Positions 16,086-23,805 of a stretch of 37,655 nucleotides of DNA are shown here, in pieces. Below the pieces are notes generated by a model. It had not been told where the DNA came from. It was given only the letters and a program-made list of their open reading frames with translations, and searched no databases. The DNA is taken from the NCBI GenBank assembly GCA_025966295.1, contig JAOPVD010000034.1:1-37655 (forward strand), read 5' to 3'. Numbering within the stretch: position 1 is the first letter of the stretch; each line of letters opens with the position of its first letter. The DNA is from Frankiales bacterium. Its GTDB lineage: Bacteria > Actinomycetota > Actinomycetes > Mycobacteriales > SCTD01. The translations under genes and the position numbers were made by a program.

Positions 16086-17033
16086 GTGACCGATCTCGCC
16101 GCCCTGGCCGCCGGCCTGCGAGACCTCCCCGGCGTGCGCGCCAAGGCCGACATCGGCCTGGTCGCGGAGGTCTTCGGCGGCGGTGACTGGTACGCCGGCC
16201 CCGGTGACGACGGCGCGGTGCTGCCCGACGGGCCGGGACAGGTGGTCGTGGGTGGCGAGGCGATCCTGCCGGCGTTCGTGGCTGCGGACCCGTACGGGGC
16301 TGGCATCGCGGCAGTGCTGGCCAACGTCAACGACCTGGCCGCGATGGGCGCGCGGCCCGTTGCCCTGCTCGACACCGTCGTCGGTGACGAGGCGACGAGC
16401 CGCGAGGTGCTGCGCGGCATGCAGTGGGCCGCCGACCTGTACCAGGTCCCGGTGGTCGGGGGGCACCTCACGCGTACCGACGGTCCGCCGTCGCTGTCGG
16501 CCTTCGGCATCGGCCGTGCGGACAAGGTGCTGTCGGCGACCCACGCGGCGGCCGGTCAGGTCCTCGTGCTGGGCTGCTGCCTGGAAGGGACGATGCGCCA
16601 GGACTTCTTGTTCTTCCCCTCCTTCGAGCAGCGCGGAGCGCAGCTCGCCGGCGACGTGCGGCTGCTGGCCGACCTGGCGACGAGCGGTGCGGCAGTTGCC
16701 GCGAAGGACGTGAGCATGGCGGGCCTGGTCGGCTCGCTCGCGATGCTGCTCGAGGCGGGCCGGCTCGGCGTGACCGTCGACCTCGACGCGCTGCCCGTGC
16801 CGGACGGTGTACCGCTGGCCGACTGGCTCGGGTGCTTCCCCTGCTTCGCGTTCTTGCTGACCTGCCCCGCCGACCGGGTAGCGGACTGCCTGGCGGGCTT
16901 CCGCGGTCGCGGTCTGACGGCCGAGGCGCTGGGGGTGCTCGACACCAGCGGGCAGGTGCGGTTGCGGCGCGGGGACGAGGTGGCGACGGTGTTCGACCTG
17001 GTCACTGAGGGCGTCACGAACCTGCGCAGCTAG
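16086..17033 (+). CDS. AIR synthase-related protein, sll0787/MSMEG_0567 C-terminal family (Nit1C NitF homolog)
   Basis: AGGAGG RBS; GPGDDGAVL, NVNDLAAMGARP, VVGGHLT, AAKDVSMAGLVGSLAMLLE, WLGCFPCFAFLL. Confidence 0.9.
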   Translation: MTDLAALAAGLRDLPGVRAKADIGLVAEVFGGGDWYAGPGDDGAVLPDGPGQVVVGGEAILPAFVAADPYGAGIAAVLANVNDLAAMGARPVALLDTVVGDEATSREVLRGMQWAADLYQVPVVGGHLTRTDGPPSLSAFGIGRADKVLSATHAAAGQVLVLGCCLEGTMRQDFLFFPSFEQRGAQLAGDVRLLADLATSGAAVAAKDVSMAGLVGSLAMLLEAGRLGVTVDLDALPVPDGVPLADWLGCFPCFAFLLTCPADRVADCLAGFRGRGLTAEALGVLDTSGQVRLRRGDEVATVFDLVTEGVTNLRS

Positions 17034-17038
17034 GCAGG

Positions 17039-17515
17039 TCATAGCGCGATCGTCATGTCCTGGTGGAGCACACCGAGGTAGTCGGCGGGCTCGCCTACCG
17101 GTGTCCACCCGAGGTGCACGAAGAAGGTCGTGTTCACGGCCTGCACCGTCGCGTCCATGCGGCGACCGCCGGCGGCGGCCGCGGTGGCGACGGCGGTCCG
17201 GACCAGCGGTGCTCCGATGCCGGCGTGCCGGTGCTCGGGCAGGACGGCGAGCCGGTCGCCCTTCCACACCCCGTCGCTGAGCGGGTAGAGCCGGACGGTG
17301 CCGGCGGGCTCGTCATCGACGAAGCCCAGGACGTGCACCACCTGGGCGTCGTCGTCGTGGCTGTCGCGGTCGTCGCCGTCGAACAGCCGCTGCTCCTGCA
17401 CGAACACGGCCCGCCGGATGCGGTGGTGCGTCGCGAGCTCGTCGGGGCCCTGGACGGACCGGCAGCGGAGCGCGTCAGGCCTTCGTGAACAGGGGGAGGG
17501 AAGGACGTCCGTCAC
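17039..17515 (-). CDS. GNAT acetyltransferase, MSMEG_0567 N-terminal family (Nit1C NitE homolog)
   Basis: RIRRAVFVQEQRLF..DRD..DD, GTVRLY, WKGDRLAV, GIGAPLVRTAV, FFVHLGW, HQDM. Confidence 0.88.
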   Translation of the reverse strand: MTDVLPSPCSRRPDALRCRSVQGPDELATHHRIRRAVFVQEQRLFDGDDRDSHDDDAQVVHVLGFVDDEPAGTVRLYPLSDGVWKGDRLAVLPEHRHAGIGAPLVRTAVATAAAAGGRRMDATVQAVNTTFFVHLGWTPVGEPADYLGVLHQDMTIAL

Positions 17516-18665
17516 GAGTGCCTCCGTCCGAACGCTCGAACGCGCCCATGCCCGAGCAGGCCTGGCAGCGGGCGCAGCCGGCGGCGACGCCCGAGCTCGA
17601 CATCCCCTTTTGCGCCAGGTACGGCACCACCTGGCGGTAGACCGCCTCGACCGCCTCGCGCGGCGGCGGCAGGAAGTCCTCCATCAGGCTGCCGGGCACC
17701 GGACGCAGCGGCACGATGAACGGGTAGACGCCCAGGTCGATGGCCCGCTTGCAGCCCTCGACGGTCAGCTTCTCGTCCTCGCCAATGCCGAGGATCACGT
17801 AGGTCGACACCTGGCCGGCGCCGAAGGCCTTCACCGCTCGTTCCCAGGCCCCGAAGTAGGCCTCGATGCCCCAGCGCGCCTTGCCCGGTGCGACCCGGGC
17901 GAGCACCGCCGGGTCGAAGGTCTCGATATGGATGCCGACCGAGTCGATGCCCAGGTCGGCCACCCGGTCGATGACGTCGAGGTCGGACGGCGGTTCGAAC
18001 TGCACCTGCACCGGCAGCCCGGCCGCCTCCTTCACGGCCTGCCCGCAGCGACCGACGTACATCGCCCCGCGGTCGGGGGTAGCGGTGCTGCCCGTGGTCA
18101 GGGTCGCGTCGACCGCGCCGTCGAGCTCCTTTGCCGCGAGGGCCACCTCGGCCAGCATCGCCGGGGTCTTCTTCGCGATGGTGCGGCCCTGGGCCAGCGT
18201 GACGCCGATGCCGCAGAACTGGCACTGGTCGTCGTTGCCCCAGTAGGCGCAGGTCTGCAGCACCGTGCTGGCCACGGAGTCCAGGTGCAGCAGGGCGATC
18301 TGGTGGTAGGGGATGCCGTCGGCGGTCGTCAGGTCGTAGTACTTCGGGCGGGGGGCCAGGGCGGCGGTCGCGAGCCGCTCGCTGCCCTGGTAGACCGCCC
18401 AGCTGCCGTCGTCCTCCCCACGCAGGGCATAGGGCGAGCTCTCGACGTACGACGCACTCGTCGGCACCGTGGTCTGCACGCCCTCGATGTACAGCATCCC
18501 GGCGTCGGCCGGTCCGGCGCCGCCGGCGCGGGCGGACAGCGGCACCTCGACCCGCAGCCCGGAGCTCTGCAGCGACGTCAGCAGCTGCGCCAGGGCCTCG
18601 GCGGACAGCACGGGGGCCGGAGCTGGGGTGTCGATGCCGTGGGCATCGGACGTGGTGAGGGTCAT
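17475..18665 (-). CDS. MSMEG_0568-family radical SAM protein (Nit1C NitD homolog)
   Basis: RAGGAGPAD, PKYYDLTTADGIPY, LQTCAYWGNDDQCQFC, LTTG, QFEPP, GQVSTYVILGIGE, YPFIVPLRP, GCARCQACS. ATG at 18665 after GGAGAAGG. Confidence 0.92.
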   Translation of the reverse strand: MTLTTSDAHGIDTPAPAPVLSAEALAQLLTSLQSSGLRVEVPLSARAGGAGPADAGMLYIEGVQTTVPTSASYVESSPYALRGEDDGSWAVYQGSERLATAALAPRPKYYDLTTADGIPYHQIALLHLDSVASTVLQTCAYWGNDDQCQFCGIGVTLAQGRTIAKKTPAMLAEVALAAKELDGAVDATLTTGSTATPDRGAMYVGRCGQAVKEAAGLPVQVQFEPPSDLDVIDRVADLGIDSVGIHIETFDPAVLARVAPGKARWGIEAYFGAWERAVKAFGAGQVSTYVILGIGEDEKLTVEGCKRAIDLGVYPFIVPLRPVPGSLMEDFLPPPREAVEAVYRQVVPYLAQKGMSSSGVAAGCARCQACSGMGAFERSDGGTRDGRPSLPLFTKA

Positions 18666-18695
18666 GCGGTGTGGCCCTTCTCCGGGAGGTGCGGC

Positions 18696-18711
18696 ATTCA
18701 CTATAGGAAAT
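18696..18711. promoter_or_regulatory. Operator candidate upstream of the radical SAM gene
   Basis: ATTCAC-TATA-GGAAAT containing TATAGT on the minus strand; a TTGACA lies 23 bp further upstream (non-canonical spacing). Confidence 0.5.
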
Positions 18712-18730
18712 GTCGGTGGTCGGTCCCCTG

Positions 18731-19396
18731 TCAAGGGTTGGGGGTACCTCGCCGCAGCGCCTCGGCCCGGGCGTCGCGCTCGCCGGCGCCCGGATACGAC
18801 GTGGCGGACGCACCTGTCTCGCGGGACTCCGTGACCGAACCGGTGGCCAGATCGACGTGCAGCGGCTCGACGGCGTGCACCACGCTGGTGAAGTCCTCGT
18901 CGGGGGTGGCCGTCACGAGCAGCGCCCGGCCGGTGGCGACCTCGACCTCGAGCCGGTGGTAGGGCACGAACGGGTCGCCCTCGGGGTGACCCGCTTCCTC
19001 TACCACGACCCATTCCTGGCCGGAGCGACGCGCGTCGGCGAGCGTGCGCAACCGCCGCGCGACGGCCTGCTCGCCCACCACCTCCCGGTGCCGCATCGCC
19101 AGCGCGGCGTCGGCCACCAGGGCGAGGTCGAGCTCGGCAGGGCTCATCCCGCTGTCGGTCAGCACGTCGACCACGAGGTCGGGGCCGCGCTCGGCGGCGA
19201 GCAGGAGGGCGGCGGTCGACGGCCCCAGCTCACGCAGGCGGTCGACCGTCATCCGGACGAGCTGCACCACCCGCTGGTAGATGTCCGGCCGCGAGGTCAC
19301 CGAGGGGTACAGGCGCGCTTCGGCCTGCTGCCAGGCTGCGCTGGTCAGCATCGGCACCGAACTGTCGTCAAAAGCGTGATTCCCGGGCTCGGTCAT
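18731..19396 (-). CDS. Hypothetical protein
   Basis: 221-aa ORF filling the gap, GGAAGGG upstream, protein-like composition (WQQAEARLYP, ALAMRHRE, PYHRLEV). Confidence 0.75.
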   Translation of the reverse strand: MTEPGNHAFDDSSVPMLTSAAWQQAEARLYPSVTSRPDIYQRVVQLVRMTVDRLRELGPSTAALLLAAERGPDLVVDVLTDSGMSPAELDLALVADAALAMRHREVVGEQAVARRLRTLADARRSGQEWVVVEEAGHPEGDPFVPYHRLEVEVATGRALLVTATPDEDFTSVVHAVEPLHVDLATGSVTESRETGASATSYPGAGERDARAEALRRGTPNP

Positions 19397-19415
19397 TGCG
19401 TTTCCCTTCCGGCGA

Positions 19416-19431
19416 GTTCACTATGCTGCAC
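19416..19431. promoter_or_regulatory. Operator candidate overlapping a TATGCT -10 element
   Basis: GTTCAC-TATG-CTGCAC, 14/16 identical to the reverse complement of 4314-4329; directly precedes ATG at 19432. Confidence 0.6.
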
Positions 19432-20418
19432 ATGTCATCTCCTATCCGATGCGCCACGCCCCTGACGCGGGGTGTAGCCGTCGTCGCCGTGGGTGGCAAC
19501 GCCCTGACCGCCGAGACCCAGCGGGGAACCGCCGACGAGATCGCTGCCAACGCCGCGCAGATGGCCAGCTGCCTCGGTGAGCTGGTCGCCGCAGGCTGGC
19601 AGGTCGCCGTCGTCCACGGCAACGGCCCGCAGGTGGGCAACCTGGCGATGCAGCAGGACGCCGCCGAGGACCTCGTCCCCGTGCAGCCGCTGCACCAGCT
19701 CTGCGCGATGACGCAGGGACAGCTCGGCAGCGTGCTGGTGCGCGCGGTCGACCGCGAGTGCGGCGCGGGGAAGGCGGTCTGCGTCGTCACCCACGTCGGC
19801 GTCGACCCGCAGGACCCGGCGTTCGAGACGCCGACCAAGCCCATCGGCCCCTTCTTCGACGAGGACCGGGCGCAGGCCTACGCCGCCCAGCGGGGCTGGA
19901 CGGTCGCGGAGGACTCCGGGCGCGGCTGGCGCCGGGTCGTCGCCTCGCCGCGACCCGAGTCGATCGTCGAGATGCAGGCCATCCGCACGCTGCTCGAGGC
20001 CGGCCACGTCGTGCTCGCCGCCGGCGGCGGCGGGGTGGCGGTTGATGCCGGCAGCCTCGACGGGGTCGACGCGGTCATCGACAAGGACCGCGCGTCGGCA
20101 GCGCTCGCCACCGCGGTCGGCGCCACCGAGCTGTACCTGCTGACCGGCGTCGACTGTGTGCTGCTGGACTTCGGCACGCCACGGCAGCGACCCGCCCACC
20201 GCATGACGCAGCAGGAAGCCGCCCAGCACCTGGCGGACGGGCAGTTCCCCGCGGGCAGCATGGGCCCCAAGGTCGAGGCAGCACTGCGCTTCCTGGACGA
20301 CGGCGGGCACCGCGCCATCATCACGTCCGTCGGGCGCCTGGCGGAAGCCGTGGCCGGCGATCCCACCGCGGGCACGAGCATCGAGCGGGCGCACGCCGCC
20401 ACCCGGACGGCGTCATGA
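19432..20418 (+). CDS. arcC: Carbamate kinase (ArcC/YahI-like)
   Basis: VAVGGNAL, HGNGPQVG, AMTQGQLG, DPAFETPTKPIGPF, WRRVVASPRP, DAVIDKD, GSMGPKV. Exact start uncertain. Confidence 0.94.
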   Translation: MSSPIRCATPLTRGVAVVAVGGNALTAETQRGTADEIAANAAQMASCLGELVAAGWQVAVVHGNGPQVGNLAMQQDAAEDLVPVQPLHQLCAMTQGQLGSVLVRAVDRECGAGKAVCVVTHVGVDPQDPAFETPTKPIGPFFDEDRAQAYAAQRGWTVAEDSGRGWRRVVASPRPESIVEMQAIRTLLEAGHVVLAAGGGGVAVDAGSLDGVDAVIDKDRASAALATAVGATELYLLTGVDCVLLDFGTPRQRPAHRMTQQEAAQHLADGQFPAGSMGPKVEAALRFLDDGGHRAIITSVGRLAEAVAGDPTAGTSIERAHAATRTAS

Positions 20419-21950
20419 GCGCCAGCGGCCTGTCGGTCCACAAGGACACCTACCTGGACTCGCTGCTCCTGATGGTGTGCACCGTCAGCATGGACGGCCT
20501 GCAGGGCGTCACCTGGGCGGGCGCGACGATGGCCAGCCCCCGCGGTCTGGAGGACCTTGCGGCGGCCGGTTTCACCGGCGTCGAGGGCCTCGGCGCCAAC
20601 GACCTCGTCCTCGCCGTCAAGGCCGAGGACGAGACCGCTCTGGAGGCCGCCCTCGAAGCGGGCCGGCAGGCGGCCTTCAGCGAGCGGGAGACGGCCGGAC
20701 CCGCGAGCGAGAAGCCTCCGACGAGCCTGGCCGACGCGGCCCGACGCCAGGCCGGCAGCAACGTCGCGATCGTGTCGGTGCCCGGGGACTACGCCGCCCT
20801 CGAGGCCCATCACGCCCTGACGGCAGGTCTGCACGTCCTGCTGTTCAGCGACAACGTGCCGCTGGAGCAGGAGATCGAGCTCAAGGAGCGGGCCGCCGCG
20901 CTCGGGCTGCTCGTCATGGGCCCCGGAGCCGGTACGGCGGTGCTGGGAGGCACCGGACTCGGCTTCGCCAACACCCTCACCGCCTCCAGCGGCGGTGCGG
21001 TCGGTGTCGTCGCGGCGGCTGGTACCGGCGCGCAGGAGGTCTCGGCGCTGCTCGACCGCTGGGGCGTCAAGGTCTCCCAGGTGATCGGAGTCGGCGGCCG
21101 CGACTTGTCCGCCCCCGTGCAGGGCCGGATGGCGCAGGAGGCTGCCCGGGCCCTGGAGGCCGATCCCGGCACCACCGCCGTGCTGCTCGTCTCCAAGCCC
21201 CCGGACCCGGCCGCCGCGCAAGCGGTCCTGGCCGAGTGCCGGGGGACGAGGGCGGTGGCCGTCTTCCTCGGCCTGGACGACCTCGATCCGCCGGACGGCG
21301 TGACCCTCTCGCCGACCCTGGAGCAGGGAGCGCTCGCGGCGGCGCGACTGACGGGCGCGACCCCGCCGAGCCTCACCGAGGGGCTCAGGGACAAGGTGGC
21401 CGCGGTCACGCTCGACGCCCGGCGCACCAGGGTCCAGGGCCTGTTCTCGGGCGGGACGCTCTGCTACGAGGCGCAGTGGGTCCTCGAGAGCCTGCTCGGG
21501 CCGGTCTACTCCAACGAGCCGCTGCGCAAGGCACACTCGGTCGCGGCGGCACCGGCCGGCGCGCACGTGCTGCTTGACCTGGGAGCTGAGGAGTACACCG
21601 TGGGACGCCCCCACCCCATGATCGACCCGAGCGGCCGGCTCGAGCTGCTGCGGGCGGTGGCGGACGACCCGGAGGTGGCCGTGGTGCTGATGGACGTCGT
21701 CATCGGGCACGGCAGCCACACCGACCCGGCGGGGCAGATCGCCCCCGTCGCCGCGGAGCTGATGGCCGGCGGGGGCCCTCAGGTCGTCACCTACCTGCTC
21801 GGCACCGAGGGCGACCCGCAGGCCTACTCCCGCCAGCGGCGGATCCTCGAAGACGCCGGCTGCCTCGTTCCGGAGACCAACGCCCGGGCCGCCTACGTGG
21901 CGGCCGCGCTGGTGCGCCGCGAGCCCGAGCTCGTCGAGCTGGGCACATGA
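20415..21950 (+). CDS. FdrA/YahF-like acyl-CoA synthetase family protein
   Basis: YLDSLLLM, SVPGDYAA, FSDNV, GTGAQE, GGRDLS, VSKPP, GLFSGGTLCYEA, DLGAEEYTVGRPHPMIDP. Confidence 0.92.
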   Translation: MSASGLSVHKDTYLDSLLLMVCTVSMDGLQGVTWAGATMASPRGLEDLAAAGFTGVEGLGANDLVLAVKAEDETALEAALEAGRQAAFSERETAGPASEKPPTSLADAARRQAGSNVAIVSVPGDYAALEAHHALTAGLHVLLFSDNVPLEQEIELKERAAALGLLVMGPGAGTAVLGGTGLGFANTLTASSGGAVGVVAAAGTGAQEVSALLDRWGVKVSQVIGVGGRDLSAPVQGRMAQEAARALEADPGTTAVLLVSKPPDPAAAQAVLAECRGTRAVAVFLGLDDLDPPDGVTLSPTLEQGALAAARLTGATPPSLTEGLRDKVAAVTLDARRTRVQGLFSGGTLCYEAQWVLESLLGPVYSNEPLRKAHSVAAAPAGAHVLLDLGAEEYTVGRPHPMIDPSGRLELLRAVADDPEVAVVLMDVVIGHGSHTDPAGQIAPVAAELMAGGGPQVVTYLLGTEGDPQAYSRQRRILEDAGCLVPETNARAAYVAAALVRREPELVELGT

Positions 21951-23116
21951 CCCACCGCCCCGTCGCGCTGCTGACCTACTCCACCAAGCCGCGCGGCGGT
22001 GTGGTGCACACCCTGGAGCTGGCCGAGGCGCTGAGCGACCTCGGGGTGCCGGTGCGGGTCGTGGCCCTGGGTGACCCGGGGGCCGGCTTCTTCCGGCCGG
22101 TGCGCGTGCCGGTCACCCTGGTGCCAGGCCCGGTGGGCACTGAGACGCTGGAGGAGAAGGTCGCCGGCGGGATCGACTGCCTCGAGGGCGCGCTCGCCGA
22201 GATCGTGCGGGCCACGCCCGACGTGGTTCTGCACGCCCAGGACTGCATGAGCGCCCGGGCGGCTGCCCGCGTCCGTGACGCCGGCAGCGGCGTACCGGTC
22301 GTGCGGACCGTCCACCACGTCGACGACTTCTCCAGCGCGATGCTGATGGACTGCCAGCGGCAGGCGATCCTCGAGCCCGACGTCGTCCTGGCGGTCACTG
22401 AGGTCTGGCGGGGGATCCTCGAGCGCGACTACGGGGTTGCCAGCGCGGTCGTACCCAACGGCGTCGACGTCCGACGCTTCGCCACCGCCTCGCAGGAGCG
22501 CGCGGCGGAGCTGCGCCGCTCGGTCGGCGCGGCGGACCGCCCGCTGATCCTGGGCGTCGGCGGCATCGAGCCACGCAAGGGCACCGACGACCTGGTCCGG
22601 GCAGTGGCGGACCTGCGCAGCCGTACCGGCCTGGACCCCGTGCTCGCCGTCGTCGGCGGCCACTCCTTCCAGGACTACAAGGCCTACCGGGACAGGGTCC
22701 TGGCGGAGCTGCCCTCCCTCGGCCTGGTGCTCGGTCGCGACATCGTCCAGGTCGGGACGGTGCCCGAGGCCGACATGGCCGCCTGGTACGCCGCTGCCGA
22801 CCTGCTCGCCTTCCCCTCGGTGAAAGAGGGCTTCGGTCTGGCCGTGCTGGAGGCGATGGCCGCCGGCACCCCCGTCGTCACCAGCGACCTCCCCGTGTTC
22901 CGTGAGTACCTCGTCGACGGTCGCGACGCCCTGCTCGTCCCGGTCGGGAACGTGCCGGCGCTGTCCTCAGCGCTGGAGGCGGTCCTGCGGGACACCGCAC
23001 TGCGGACCCGGCTGGTCGCAGCCGGAACCGGCGTCGCGCAGGCGTTCACCTGGCCGGCCAGCGGCCGCCGGCACCTTGAGGTCTACGCGGACCTGCCGAG
23101 CACCGCCCGGGTGTGA
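21947..23116 (+). CDS. MSMEG_0565-family glycosyltransferase (GT4)
   Basis: LLTYSTKPRGGVVHTLELAEAL, HAQDCMSA, RTVHHVDDF, GGIEPRKG, GGHSFQDY, FPSVKEGFGLAVLEAMA. Confidence 0.92.
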   Translation: MTHRPVALLTYSTKPRGGVVHTLELAEALSDLGVPVRVVALGDPGAGFFRPVRVPVTLVPGPVGTETLEEKVAGGIDCLEGALAEIVRATPDVVLHAQDCMSARAAARVRDAGSGVPVVRTVHHVDDFSSAMLMDCQRQAILEPDVVLAVTEVWRGILERDYGVASAVVPNGVDVRRFATASQERAAELRRSVGAADRPLILGVGGIEPRKGTDDLVRAVADLRSRTGLDPVLAVVGGHSFQDYKAYRDRVLAELPSLGLVLGRDIVQVGTVPEADMAAWYAAADLLAFPSVKEGFGLAVLEAMAAGTPVVTSDLPVFREYLVDGRDALLVPVGNVPALSSALEAVLRDTALRTRLVAAGTGVAQAFTWPASGRRHLEVYADLPSTARV

Positions 23117-23226
23117 GCCCCAGGCGGCCCAGCGTGCCTGGATCGAGCTGAACGACCGACAGAACGGCGCGCCGGCGAGGGCTTGCCCTTCTGTCGATCG
23201 TCGTAGGGCTTCCGGAGGAAGCTTGT

Positions 23227-23316
23227 TGGCGGTGGCGGTGGGATTTGAACCCACGGACGGCTTGCACCGTCACACGCTTTCGAGGCGTGCTCCTTCGGCC
23301 GCTCGGACACGCCACC
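23227..23316 (-). tRNA. tRNA-Ser(CGA)
   Basis: Reverse complement GGTGGCG...CACGC-CTCGAAA-GCGTG, long variable arm, GGTTCAAATCC, CGCCACC-G-CCA. Confidence 0.97.
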
Positions 23317-23352
23317 GCCGATGACTCTAGCGAACGACGACGGCGGCTCGCT

Positions 23353-23805
23353 CTAGCGCTGGCCCTCGAAGAACGCGGTCAGCAGCGCGCTGCTCGGCTC
23401 GGCCAGGACGCCGGGCAGCACCTCCGGTCGGTGGTTGAGCCGGCGGTCCCTCAGCACGTCCCAGAGCGAACCGGCGGCTCCCGCCTTCGGGTCCAGCGCG
23501 CCGTACACGACGCGCTCGAGCCGGCTCAGGACGATCGCGCCGGCGCACATCGTGCACGGCTCGAGGGTGACCACCAGCGTGCAGCCCTCCAGCCGCCACA
23601 CGCCACGTGACGCGGCGGCCCGGCGGATCGCGAGCACCTCGGCGTGCGCCGTCGGGTCCCCGCTGCCCTCACGGTCGTTGTGCGCCTGCGCCAGGACGGC
23701 CCCGTCCACCCCCAGGATGACCGCGCCGACCGGGACGTCGCCGTGCTGCAGGGCCCGCTCGGCCTCGTGCAGCGCCAGCTGCATGGCGTCGTCGTACCGG
23801 GTCAC
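23353..23805 (-). CDS. tadA: tRNA-specific adenosine deaminase
   Basis: GDVPVGAV, DPTAHAE, TLEPCTMCAGA, DPKAGAAGSLWD, RLNH; GTG at 23805 overlaps the upstream stop. Confidence 0.95.
   Translation of the reverse strand: MTRYDDAMQLALHEAERALQHGDVPVGAVILGVDGAVLAQAHNDREGSGDPTAHAEVLAIRRAAASRGVWRLEGCTLVVTLEPCTMCAGAIVLSRLERVVYGALDPKAGAAGSLWDVLRDRRLNHRPEVLPGVLAEPSSALLTAFFEGQR

Noticed and set aside
16086-17033. Selenophosphate synthetase and selenocysteine recoding in the cluster
   Set aside because: No SelD N-terminal Cys/Sec-x-x-Lys motif, and the TGA stops fall at expected protein ends, mostly in start/stop overlaps.
1561-23226. Active integrative element or prophage
   Set aside because: No integrase, transposase, conjugation or phage genes, and no duplicated tRNA 3' end found by eye.
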